Origin: Eledone cirrhosa
Taxonomy: Eukaryota
DNA: 64,000 nt
Direction: 5' to 3'
NCBI GenBank assembly: GCA_964016885.1
Contig: OZ024742.1
Location: forward strand, 149,172,001 to 149,236,000
The position numbers were made by a program, and so were the translations under genes. Shown here piece after piece: positions 27,301 through 40,993 of the stretch (position 1 is its first letter; every line of letters begins with the position of its first letter). The notes under the pieces are model-generated. The model saw only the letters and a program-made list of their open reading frames with translations, was not told the DNA's origin and did no database searches.

Positions 27301-30300
27301 CAGGTTCAGTCCCATTGTACAGCAAGTCGAGCATCTGACCAGAGAGATTAAAGCAATCCATCTTGCTCCTACATTCCATATTTGGAATGGTTTCTATGGC
27401 TGGATGCTCTTGCTAACATCTACCACCTTAGTGTGTACTGCATTTGGGTAGGGATCTCAAACTGTGGTAACCGTCATACTAATGTAACCTAACCAACTCT
27501 TTACTGCCTAAAAGTCTTAACAATTTAGTAAAAATGTCAATAAACTGATAAGTTTACCAAGAAATTAGGCAAGGTTGAAAATTTATTTACTTTTATTATG
27601 TAAGGCAGTGGATTGGCAGTATTGTTAGAATGCCGGGCAACATGCTATGCAGCATATAGTTATGGCCCTTTACGTTCTGCGTTTGAATCCTGCTGGGGTC
27701 AACTGGGCCTTTCATCCTTTCGTGGGCAATAAAATAAAGTACCAGTCAAGTACTGGGGTCAATATAATTGACTTTTCCCCTTTCCCCAAATTACTGGCCT
27801 TGTTTCAAGTGTAGAAATAATTATGTAAGGCCAGCAACAAATATATATCGCAATAACTGCGTAAACAGCAATAGCATTAACCATGTTAGGGCTGCGCACG
27901 GTAGTGGGGTGGCTGGTGCGGCCATGTGCGAGAACCTCCCGACCGTCTTCAAGCAATCGCAGTCCCACCCTTGCAAGCAGGGAAAAGCGGACGTAAAATG
28001 ATGATGATGATGACCACAATTCATATATTGACTATGAAATAGCCTGATAAGTTAGATAAATTACCCTTGGAGATGGAAAACAGGTGAGAGGGGTGCTTCT
28101 AGGAATTGAACCACACATCTGCTGTATGCCAGACAGCTGTGATAGTTGTTACACCAAAGTCACCTGATGAAATATGTTGCTTCTATGTTATCTGGGAGTT
28201 TCATCATCATCATTATCTTTTAATGTCCACTTTCCACGCTAGCATGGGTTAGACATGTATATGTATATATACTAGCTGAGTTACCCGGTGATTCCCGGCT
28301 ATTTTATTAAAGTTACAATATTTGACCATTGAAATATGATTGCTAAATTTTGACTAAAGTAGGAATTATAGCAGAATATTTATTACCATTTGTTTAAAGC
28401 AAATCATGTAGATAAAAATATTATTAGTTTTGTCCAGTGATGATTTTTTAAAATACTGCTCCCTTTTACAGCCAGCATATATAATGCTTCGCACTTGGAA
28501 GAATCATTAGGTATGTTGTCAGTGAAAAGGGCATGACCAAAAAATAAATTTAGATTTTATTTATCCTTTTTTTTTTCTGCCCAATCAGAACCCCTGAGAA
28601 TCAAAATAAAATATGAAGGCTATTTTAAAAAGCATAAATAAAATAAAATAAAAAAATAAATTTACCATTGGTTTATGAATGAATGAAGAATTTACTCATT
28701 TCTGTAATTCAGGAAAGTTTATTTAAATGTGTATAAGTGTGTATACATATACACCAGGAACCAAACTCCCACTGTCACTGCCTCCATCTCTCCTGATCTG
28801 CCCATCACTCACTATTATGAGCAAATGGGGCCCACGCTCTGGCCACCCAGCAGCCCAGGCGGTTGGAATAGAGGATGGTGAGGGAGACGCGCTGGAAAAT
28901 CCATTCCGGCTTGCAAGGCTAACCTCTGTGGATAGCCAACTCTGTGCTGATGGTGGTGAGTTGGGAGGTAGCCCTAGAGCCAAGGACACCAGGGGTCTCC
29001 ATTGCTATGGGCTCAACAACAAGCCTGTTGGAGAGCGACCGATATTTGAAGAGTTTACGCTCGTTGGCCCAAAGTGCGGCAGAGCCTGTGTTAATTAAAA
29101 TGTTTACACTGTAGCTTTCACCAACTTTTACCTCTATGGCAGTAGGATCCTGTTTGAGGGAGATTTGTTTTCTATTTCTTTTAGGTACACCAACAGTTAT
29201 AGTGGCTTCCATGACATACATATACACACATGCATGTGTGTGTGTTTGTGTGTGTAAGACTGTTCGCTGTGATTTGAAATGGATTTTGCTAATATTTCTA
29301 GTAGATGGAGGTGTCACATACAACCTTTCCTTTTTGCTTCATATATATATACATACTTGAGACAGTAGACTGTGATATATATATGTCTCTAACTTAACCC
29401 TTTAGCATTCACATTAATTTTCAAATGTCATGCTTATCTATTAATGCCGAGGTTAACTTTGCCTTTCATCCTTACGGGGTCGATAAAATAAAGTACCAGT
29501 AATACACTGGGATAATTGCTGGCCTTGTGCCAAAAGTAGAAACAATTATTTCGAGTTAATCATACTCAAGAGGCTTATCATTTTTTTGTTTGTAATTTTC
29601 TTAATTTTCTATGTACAGACTTGAAATTTTGTCAGTAGATGTTAAAATATCAATAATTTACAATTATATATATTTACCTGATTTTTTTTGTTAAATTTAA
29701 CTTTTATGGGCAGGTGAAATTAATTAAAAGGTGTAAAAGAAATGACTTTATGGATAAACACAAATTGTTTTTGCCATAATACTTGATATATATTGGTCAA
29801 TAAACCTTATATGAGTGCTCCAGTAATTCCGCAGTCTTGGAAATTGTTTTATACCAAACAATATTTATGGTAAAAAGCGCTTGCATTTCCGCAGCATCTG
29901 TCAGTCGCCATAACAGATTGGGTTTCCTTCGATTTGAAATCTGTTGTTGGGCATATCGATTAGTCTCTTCTGCCACAACTTCGAAGAAAATTTGTGACAA
30001 AAACAAGAAGAAATAATCCAGTGCTTTAGCATCGGGAGGTAATGTGTGTTGTGGACCTGTATTTTGAATAAAATCGGGAACATGTATTGGTGTGGTATTT
30101 TTCAACCATGTTGCTGTAATATTTTCAATGGCGTTCTGGAGATCACCTTCGCTTTCACTTCCAAAACAACAATCATCATTCAATGAAATTTCAGAAATAT
30201 ACACATCTGATTCATTTGAAGATAAATCACTAATATTATCTGTTGTTTATTTTGAATGTCATCGTGTGTAAAACCTTCAAAGTCGGTATCACTACTTTCA

Positions 30301-33300
30301 CAAGGCATGTTGATACACACAAAAAATCTGTTGTACTTTCAACATTAAAAAAACGTGTTGTTTCAAGTTGTTTCACTATATTAAGTGTTAATTTTCACGG
30401 TAAAGGCCTAATCTCGCAGTAATCTCGAATTGACGAGATTTTGATGATGGCATTGTTTATTTTTAGAATGGTATTTTAGTGTGGGTGTTATTAGACGGTT
30501 TAGGCCAGTTTGAACAAATAAATGGGAAATAATTATGGCCGGTTGTGGCCGTTTTGAACACTAAAGGGTTAAGTATGGTGATAAACACACACACACACTT
30601 GTCTCTAATTTAAGAACACCGAGACACACACAGTCTCATTATGACTTTTGTGAAAGAGAGAGAGAAAGAGAAGTAACGTTAAGAAAAGAGTTAGTTGAAG
30701 TGTTTAAAAAATAAATAAATAAAAGTTAGTTATCGAACTATGCTATCATTTTTCTGTTTTCTTTCTCTCTCTTACCCCCCCCCCCCCTCTCTTACCCCCT
30801 CTCTCTCTTATCTTCTCTCTTTCATCCCCCCCTCTCTCATCTCTCTCATCCCCTCTCTCATCCCCTCTCTCATCCCCTCTCTCATTCTCTACAGAACAAA
30901 AAAACAAATAAGTTGTTGCCTCGTTTTGGAGGACTGAGTTGTGGGAGGAGAAAGGGGAGTAGTGGGAGGGAGGGTTTAATGTCCATTGATTTTTATTGAA
31001 ATCCAATTAGCCAGTCCTGTTCCTGAATATTAGCTTAACATGTGTGTAAAGTTTCATCAGGATCGGATCAATGGTTTAGATGCCAACTGGTTACACAATG
31101 ACAGACGACAGAAATTGCCATTTATATAGTAGATTTATGAGGGCTCTTCAGTTGAGTCAGTAACTGACCACCTCCCTGGTGCCATGATAAAACACATGTA
31201 GTGCATCCTATAAGGTGAATGGTGATAGATAGAGATAGAGCATCCAGCTGTCGAAACCATGACAAAAAAAGTTGAGGATATTTGAGGGTGTCAAGGGCAC
31301 AAAATCTCTCTTGTGTTGATGGATTGGCAGTATCAGTAGAGTATTGAACAAATTGCTTTGTAGCATTTAGTTACAACTTCCAACATTCTGAGTTGAAATT
31401 CTGCTGAGGTCAGCATAGATTTTCATCTTTCCAGTGTTGATAAAATAAAGTACCAGTTAAATACTGGTGTTGATATAATAAACTTTCCCCTTTCCTCCAA
31501 ATTGCTGACCATGTACCAATGTTAGAAAGAATTAATAAAGACACACTCAAAACCAATTAAATTCTGATGTTTCCTCTGAAAATTATAGGAATAATGATAA
31601 TTATTTTTTCATTGCAGACTTTCTGTGATATCAAAGATCTTTCATATGGTAAAGAAAATGTTCCAGTGTCTTGTGTGAATGGTATTGATCGCCAGTACCC
31701 TGCCTATGTTGAATATTCGACTAAACGGTATCCTGCTAAAGGAGTACACCTCAATTTAGATGAGGAATTCTTGATTTGCTGTGATTGTACTGATGGATGT
31801 CGGGTAATGTATCATATGATGTTGTTTGCACAGCTTATATTAATAATTTCTTATTGTAGCAGTTAATCATATGTTGGTTTCACCACCACCACCACCACCA
31901 CCACCACCATCATCATCATTACTGCTTAATGTCTATTTTCCATGCTTACATAGGTTAGACAAGGTGTTATGTACTGAGAATTGACTGGCCAGGTGTCTGT
32001 ATGCTCCATTTTTGGCTTGGTTTCTATGGCAAGATGCCCTTCTTAACACCAATCACTTTACAGCATGTACTAGGAACATTTTGTGATTGCAGCGTTACCA
32101 CCATACAGAGTGAACTGGGTGCATTTTGTCAAGGCACTATCATCACTTCACAGAGAGGACTGGGTGCATTTTTGTTGTGGCACCAGCACTTGTGTGTGCT
32201 TATATATTGTAGGTTTGTTTGTTTGTGTGTTGTTTGCATAGGTTTCTTTCTGTACTTTTACTTGTGTTGGTGTTCACCTAGGATGAGTTGAGTTGGCTCC
32301 AGCCAGTGCAACCACAGGTCATCCATATACTGTAGTCTCAGATGTTTGACAAAGATATTATCAGCCAGTCATACTTCCAACGGAGTACACTATGTCTGTG
32401 TGGATCAAATATTAGTTAAAGATTTGACTTGATCATGCCAATCCACCTTTCTAACTGTCCACTGTACCATTTACACTATCCCAGAAGTATAACAATAATA
32501 AGGAAAATTATTGTGTAGTGCTCAGGTGCACTACAACTCATCAAAGGTGCATGTATAGTATATAGAATAATGTACAAATGTCAGGAATGTGAACAGTGTA
32601 TGAATCATAATATATACACAGACACATGTGTGCATGTGAATGGAGGGGGAATATCAGGTGCAGTGTTGGCGAATTTCGGGAAGCATGGAAGTTCTGAAGG
32701 ATGCAGTGTCCTGATAGCTAACAACTGATGCAGGTATTTTTGTGCCATGCTTCAGCAACTCTGAGCATGAAAAAATGTTTCTGAAAGTCATGGGAGTTGT
32801 GCTGTTTTCTGATTTTGTAAGCATGTCCATGGTATTAGACACTTAGAATTAAGTGTCTGGTGAAACTGAATTGTATCTAACTGGTTTGACAAAGATGAGC
32901 ACTGTGTGTCAAACTGGAAAATAAAGTATGGGTTAGCATGAAAAAGTGGACATTAAAACGATGATGACAATAATGATGACATAGTGTATGAGTGTGTGTT
33001 TGTGTGAAATGTAGTAATTATATCTTTTAGTAGTTATGATGTTTGGTTTATAATTGTATAGTTGTGTGTTTGATTGCCAATGGCACATTATGTTCTTGAG
33101 CAAGGCACTTTAATTCATGTTGCTCCAGTTTACTCAGCTGGAATATAATGAGTTGTACCTGTAATTTTAAGGACCAGCCATGTCTCACACTGTGTCATGC
33201 TGAATCTCTTTGATATCTATGTTAAGTGCTTGTAGAATGTTCAGCCACTTGCATGTTAACTTCACAAGCAGACTATTCCATTAATCATATCAACTGAAAC

Positions 33301-35971
33301 ACTTGTTAGAACTGATGGAGCTCCAACAACAATTATATACTGTAGCAACTGTAAGTAGGCAGTTAGTTAATTGTTATGAATAAACATTTAATTCTCGTAA
33401 CTGTTGTGAAGTATCTAGAATGAGGCCATCCATTATCCTTGCAGTATCTGACTATAAAACATTGCTTCAGAAAAGATCCCCAAAATGAGTATTGAGCTTT
33501 AATGGAGCCTGCAAGGCTTTGGCTGGGAAAATGGCTTTAAAACTTCTGCTGCTGCTTCTGTATTAGTTTATAGTTTATATTAATATGTATCTTTGATTGT
33601 TTATCATCATCCTCTCTCTCTCAATCTGATAGTTTATGTTTTCTTTCTTCTTTTAGGACAGGACTAAGTGTGCATGTATTCAGATGACAATTGAAGCCAC
33701 CACAGCCAGTCCAGGTGGCCATGCAGATGAAACTGTGGGTTATAAGTATCGACGTTTGAGTGAACCAATTTTAACGGGGTAATGTATAACTTAATTTTTC
33801 TTCTGTATTCAAATGTGGTTTTGTGTGATAATACGTGTTGGTCACTCCTTCTCTTGCTCTCTCTGGCTGTCTGTCTGCCTCTCTTTCTCTGTCTTTCTCT
33901 TGTTTATCCACCACTTGGATATTCTTTCAGATCTAGTAAGCAAATAACTGCATGGGCAAGCTTACACATGTAAACATGCACATACACATACACACAATGT
34001 GCTGAACAGAGTTAGATCTAATTTCTGTTATATACATATTTGGCTGTATTTTAGTCTAGCCTACTTGCTATGTGAATATACTTCACTGAGGAGATTTAAT
34101 AAGACGAAACCATGTCTGTTGTTTTTATTAAGGTGGCTTATAGACGAGAACAACTCCCACTGCATTCTCTAAAATATTTTCCAAAGAGCTTGAATCAGCT
34201 CAGGCTACAGAAGTTCTCTATTTTCCTTGCTTCTCATGATCTGAACATCTTTAACCCTTTAGCATCCAAACTGGCTGTATCTGGCTGAAACTGGCCACTC
34301 AAATTGATGTTAAGGTTATTGTTCTCAAAATAAATAATATCAAAATCTCATAGATTCAATATTATGTGAGATAAAGCCTTTACCACGAAAATACAAAAGT
34401 ATATATAGAGTAATATAGATGCTAAAGGGTTAAAGGGAGTTTGTTTTGAAATTGCGAGGATAGTCTTTACATTCACCATATTCAGAATGAGACTTTATAC
34501 ATATACACTTCATGCTGAGCACCTCCATTTTTGCTTACAGACAGACAGAGAGAGAGAGAGAGAAAATGCATCTCTCTAGAAACCATGCCAAAAAGGTTGA
34601 GAAATCTCTTCAGTTTTCTCAAGGACCTGATAATCTCTCTGGTGTTGGCACCATGAAAAAATGTACCCAGTACACTATGTAAAGTGGTTGGCATTAGGAA
34701 GGATATCCAGCTGTAGAAACCACACTAAACAAACAGTTGGGAGAAATCTTCAATTGTGTGAGGGACATGACAACATTTCTAGTGCTGGGGATAGGAAGGG
34801 CATTCAGCTATAAAAACCATGCTAAAACTGGAACACATATGAGGTGTTTGTCCTGGTACATCTGGGAGGAGAGTAGCTCCAAGTAAGTACTAACTTGGTC
34901 TGTGATGACCTGTTGAACTATGCCAGCATGGAAAACTGGGCAATAAACAATGATGATGATGATATATACAGGCATACATACATGTACACATATATATGTA
35001 CATGTGTTTTTTGTATATCTTTTCTTAATGTATATCAGCAAAAGATGTAAACTTAGGTGAGAAGCCTCACCCCTTTCCCCAAAGAGTGCTTATGAATAAA
35101 ACTACTCTGAAATGTTTATTCAGTTTGATTGAACAGGCAATCTCTTATCATTTTCACTGTCAAAAATACAGTGAACTGGTGACTGACTCCCTGAAAATTT
35201 ATAATAAAAAATGCTGTTGTGCACAAAATGTTATAATCATCATTGGTTTTTACAACTGCTTTCTATGCTAGTATGGAATGGATGGATTGTCATGTTCTAT
35301 GACTAGACTGGTCAGGTAATCATTTCTTGCTCATAAGTTCCATATTTAGCACCAACCATCTAACAGGGGGAACTGAGTGCATTTTTGTCATGGCACCAGC
35401 ATACCAACTGACAGGCTGTACTGGGTGCGTTTTTTCTGTGGCACTACCATGACCACTTTGCAGAGTTGACTGGGTGCGTTTTATCATGGTACCAACACTA
35501 CCACATTACAGAGTGGACTGGATGCATTTTATGGTACCAGTACTATCACTTTTCAAGGTAGATTGGGTATATTTTATTATGGCACCAACTGTATCACATT
35601 ACAGGTTGGATTGGGTGCATTTTATCATGGTACCATCACTACCCAACTTTACAGGGCGAACTGGGTGCATATAATTGTGGCACCAGCACTAGTGATATAA
35701 AGAAAAATAATATGCAGAGAAAATTTGTTTTTAAATAGTGTTTTATTTTTATCTTCTTCCTTTGTATTTGCAGCATCTATGAGTGTAGTAGTCGATGTAA
35801 ATGTGACTATAGATGTTTTAACAAAGTCGCACAGAATGGCCTGCAGTTGCGACTACAAGTTTTCAAGACAGAAAAACGGTAAGAATATTCCCCTTTTAAT
35901 CAAAGTTTTTTTAATGGATATTCTATGTGATATTGTCAAGAATTATTTTTTTCCTTTATGCAACCAAATCA

Positions 35972-36007
<36 letters not shown>

Positions 36008-39000
36008 ACCCCCTACTCCACCCTGATAAACATAAAAACAATGATGATGATGAAGTGTAATATTTATATGGCTATGGGTGCAGGTGTGGCATTGTGGTTC
36101 TAGGTTTGATCCCATTGTGTGGTGCCTATAGTGTTTTACTATAGCCTTAGATTGTGAGTGAAATTGGGTAGACAAAAACTAAGCAAAGACTTGTTGGATA
36201 GAATGTATCTGTTGTTGAGTGGTGGGCTACACTAATCTGTTGTGGATTCCGTCTTCCTATAAGTTTTTGAGATTGAAAAAGTTCATTTCATCTTATCACT
36301 AAGCCATTAAAAAACATTTTTGTATGATTTCGAAACATATTTAGTCTTTGACTGGATAATGTATTTTTTTCAAGACAGATAATTTCTAAAAATATGTTTA
36401 TATCTCGTGATTGTAGCATAAAATCTAGTCTGACATTTTTTGGGATATTGTAACCAATGTGCAACAATACAATGTTGACATGAAAATTATAGTTATTACA
36501 TTTATGTAGTTGTTGTTAGCCCCAGATCTGCCCTAATTGAACAGATCTATGATCAAAAGCATTCCACATTATCCAATGTGTCTATCGTCTTTTAAAATCA
36601 GTCTAATTCAAGGGAGATTTGGCTGTTATTTCTAGCATGTTTAGCAACCACATTGATACTCTATCATCGTTACTTTCTATTGCTGTTCTTGCTGAATGTT
36701 GATGATAATGACAAAATAAATATTTCTAAGTGCCAGTGATTTAGTTGAAGATATTGTTATTTTAACCCTTTAGCATTTACATTACTCTATATTTACTATT
36801 GTACTTTAGTGGAAAAGGCTTTACCTCACTTAATTATCTCGCATAATATTGAATCTGCTAGATTTTGATGTTATTTATTTTGTGAACAATACCTTAACAT
36901 CAGCATGAGCGGTCAGTTATGGCCGGTTTGAACAGAAAGAGGTGAGAGAATTCTGGCTGGATATGGCCAGTTTAAATGCTAAAAGGTTAAACAAATTAAA
37001 AAACCTTCACATTACACTAGATGCACTTGTTTTGAAATCTTCACTATTATTTACAGAGGCTGGGGTCTACGTTGCTTAGACGATATTCCAACAGGTGGCT
37101 TTATTTGTATTTATGCTGGTCAGTTGTTGACAGAACAAGGAGCCAATGAGGTATGTTAATTTGATCACTTTAATAATGAAATAATAATTTCAGTAAATCC
37201 CTCCAAATTCTTCATTAATCAATCAAAATTCAGTGCATTTCAGTAGAAATATGTCTACCAAAGGGTTAACAGTGATGCCATATTTTTTTTTATAGTTCTG
37301 AGATGAAAAATCCATGGTTTTTATTTTGATTCTTAGTTTTTGTCCCCCCCCCCCCCCCCCTCACACACACTTATTTCGTATTGTTCACCTTCTCATAGTA
37401 ATAGAGGTGTATATGAAAGCATATATGATCGGCAGCTGTGATCATATCATAGCTTAAAACAGCCATTGCAAGACTTGTGTATGTTTATTATACATAAACA
37501 CATTGTATATGCTTTCATATAGACTTCTATTATGAATCACACTATGTTAGTGCTCCTGCTAAATACCTTCTCATAGTAGAACATTGTAAATTTCTTTCTA
37601 AATGTCATTCCTCTATTAATTTGCAATATTTCTCTATTGTTCCACCAATTAGGATGGCCAACAATATGGAGATGAATATCTAGCAGAACTTGACTATATT
37701 GAAGTAGTGGAAAAACACAAGGAAGGTTATGAAAGTGAAGTTGTTGATATAGATGATGCAGAGAGTACATCTTACTCTTCACTTTCATCCAATAGCAGCA
37801 GATCTTCAAACACTGCAGATCAGTAAGTTTTATAACATTATATTATGAAAATAGCATTTATATAACTCAATTAACAATAATGATAAAGGGTGGGAGGGGC
37901 AGTTCACTACCAAGTGCCACAATTGGCTGCACCTCACATCTTAGGGGTTAACTAAACACTTTGAGGCAAACCAACACGCTCGCAGCATTACCATGGATGA
38001 TGGTGAGGCTCAGGTGCTGAAATAACCAGGCACCCTCACGGGCATCACCTGACACCTCAGTAAGGTGAGCCGTCACTGATGACAAGAACTTCGCTGTCAG
38101 CGGCCCAACTCCACCAAACGTCTTGAGTGCCACAGCCTGGAAAAAAAAATTATTAGATAAATCCAGGTATTTCCAAATTTTATTCCATTCGGTAACGGAA
38201 GCAGTGGCCCCCCCATGGCGTAAGTAAATTTCATCTCATGCTATCTTCTGTGGGGTGATTTTAAGCAAATGTGGGTATTTTAATATGATTTATTAAAATT
38301 TTTGTTAATAACCGTGTGGGTAGCATTCCTATTGCTAACCACTCAAATAGATCTGGTTTCTACTGTCAGTCTGAATGTTTTAGAGAGTATTGCAGTTTGT
38401 AGCATAGTACCTTTAGTTTTACATCGTGTCTCTAAATAGCAATTCTTTATCTCTCTATTTTTCAACTAAAGTATTGCTATAGGAAGGGCATCTAGTTATA
38501 AAACATTGCTTCAAAAAGTCTTGTCCAACTCATACCAGGCTGGAAAAGCAGACATAGAAATTTGATGATGAGATAAATAATTAGCCAGGCAGTGTAAGCA
38601 GAAAGAGTTAGAGTGCACTAGGTGCACATTATTAAATAATTACTTAAATTTATATATTAAATCATACATTTGCAATGCATTATGCATATTAACAATGAAG
38701 CTAAACTGTTGTCACCTGTTTTGGGTATAATATCTGTTTCCTATATTACTATTCTATGGAGTCTAGTGTTTTTTTTGTTGTACTATGCCTTTTGTGAACT
38801 AGTGTTGTTGGTCATAAGTTTCCAATTGGCAAATCACAGATTCATGACATTCAGGATGGTGGGAGTGACAAAGGTGTGTTTGCAACTCTGCTGAAATAAA
38901 TAGCCCCATCTCCCTCCCTCCAGCTTCTGCTTATCAAGTTTCATTCACAAGGCCTTGGTTAAGTTGAGGCTATGGTAGAATACGCTTGTTGACAGTGCCA

Positions 39001-40962
39001 TACAGCGGGATTGAACCCAGAACCATGTGACTGCCAAGCAAACTTCTTAACCATACAGCCAGGCCTGTGAAGTCCTGCAGACTAGAAAGTAGATGCAGTA
39101 GTTCTTTTTTTCTTTCATATGAATGATAAAATAGCATCCCCAAGGAATCTACCCAAGTTGCCATACAATGGGATTGAACCTAGAATGATGTGGTTGTAAA
39201 GCAAACTTCTTAACCACACAGCCACATCTGCACAAATCTTTAAACCTTTTCATGTATTCTTTGCTATTTTTCAAGTTGTCTTCCTCCTCCCTACATCCTT
39301 ATTGATATACTAATGGTGTTTAATATAAGCTAAGCAACTTTGTATGTGTTTTTCCTGTAGGGACCGCTCTGACAAAAAGGCAACTGAAAACGGCAGTGAG
39401 GAAAAGCTTGGAAAACTTGTGCTGAAGAGAGAAGCAAACAAAGACAAAGAATGGTCAGTATTTTTCAGTTCTTCCCTATTGAATCCTTTTTATATCAACC
39501 TGCCTGAAAAGGACCCACTTTATTCTGTATTGCTTACAGTTAAAATCCTTCTAGCACAATCTCTGTGAAGATTTTTTAAAAGTCATGTTCGAAGCACCAG
39601 CTTAATAACGAGAAAGTTAGTTTTATTACTAAATCTTTCTAAATTCTTGATTATTTTAAAAATTATTTCAAAATTAGAAGTGGCGTCTTTTATTAGAAAT
39701 AGAGTAATTAAAGAGTTAACTTGTATGTGAATTCAGGTAGCAGACTGAGCAAACACAGCTTCACAATCCATTTCCTATAATTTTGAAATATATTTGAAAA
39801 TAATCAAGAATTAGAAGTATTGAGTTAAGACTTAAGCTTTAGTAAATGTTTGTCATTTTTCAATACAGTGTTTATAGTATGTCTAATTTTAATTCGTTAA
39901 CTTTTTAGATTTAAATTAAATTAAATTTCTTGAAATAGGTCTGTGAAAATACAAGGCTCCTCTCAGCGTACAGCTGATTGGGTGGACAGCCTGAATAATG
40001 AGCCAATTGTTATTGATGATGATGAAGAGGATGAAGAGGAGAATACACAAACAAACAAGTCTGAGACACCAACTGCAACCCTAACTCCAAAAGGAACCAA
40101 CATCTTTACTATATTAGGAGAGAAAAAAGAACAGGTGTCAAATACTGATGAACTGCCTGATTTGGTAGAGAAACCTCCAGGTGTTGGAGGTTTGTATTCC
40201 AATTTCCCCCTCCTTTTTTTTTTTTTGCAATCACTTTTTCATGTTAGAGAACTTAAAATTACGGACCTTCCCTGCTAACTTAAAATTACGGACCTTCTGT
40301 GTTACACTATGTCTCTCCAACCACTGCTGTTGAATACAGATGATCTCTTAAGATAATTACAGAGAAACATAGTTGGAAGGTGAAACATAGTAAGGTCTTA
40401 CTTATGAAACAACACAAGATGTATTTCTAATTTAGGCACAAGGCTAGAAAGTTTTGGGGAAGGGCAAAGTTGATTGAATTAACCTCGGTAGTTGACTGAT
40501 ACTTTATTTTATTGACCCCAGAATAATGAAAGGCAAAGTTGGTTCCAGATAACTTAACTTCCATACTGCACTGTACCTCTCCAACCACTGCAGCTGGTTG
40601 TAGATGATACGAAGAGGCATAGATAAGAACAAAATTGATTAAATCAACTCCAGTACTTACCTGTACTTTATTTTATCAACCCTGGAAGAATGAAAAACAT
40701 AGTTGGCTTTAGTAGAATTTGAACACAGAATGTTAAGAGCCTGAACAAATACTGCAGTGGCATTTTATCTGATGCTCTACCAATTCTGTCAATTCACTGC
40801 CCTCAGAGACAACACAAGATTGATAAACATGAGATACAAACACTATGATGTTAACAACCGGAATGGTGCCAATGTTAATAATAATTTTGTTGATAATAAT
40901 GTTAATGTAATTTTAAAGATAAATAATAATAATGTTGGAAATAATGATGATTCATTTAGTTA

Positions 40963-40993
<31 letters not shown>

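Larger units (their letters stand above)
28272..31133 (-). mobile_element. Non-autonomous Helitron containing nested elements
   Basis: Minus strand starts A|TCTACTATATAAA (31133) and ends CCGGGAATCACCGG hairpin...CTAG|T (28272); AT target, no TSD. Confidence 0.75.

Noticed and set aside
28091-28156. tRNA-like sequence on the minus strand (A box, GGTTCAATTCC B box)
   Set aside because: Stems are broken and there is no clean acceptor stem or terminator; best read as a SINE head or pseudo-tRNA.
28727-29098. 123-aa GC-rich plus-strand ORF as a captured host gene
   Set aside because: It is the antisense shadow of a CRE retrotransposon fragment.
35350-35692. Regularly spaced repeats resembling a CRISPR array (also 63100-63900, 47613-47752)
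   Set aside because: Whole units are diverged tandem copies without unique spacers; eukaryotic context, no cas genes.
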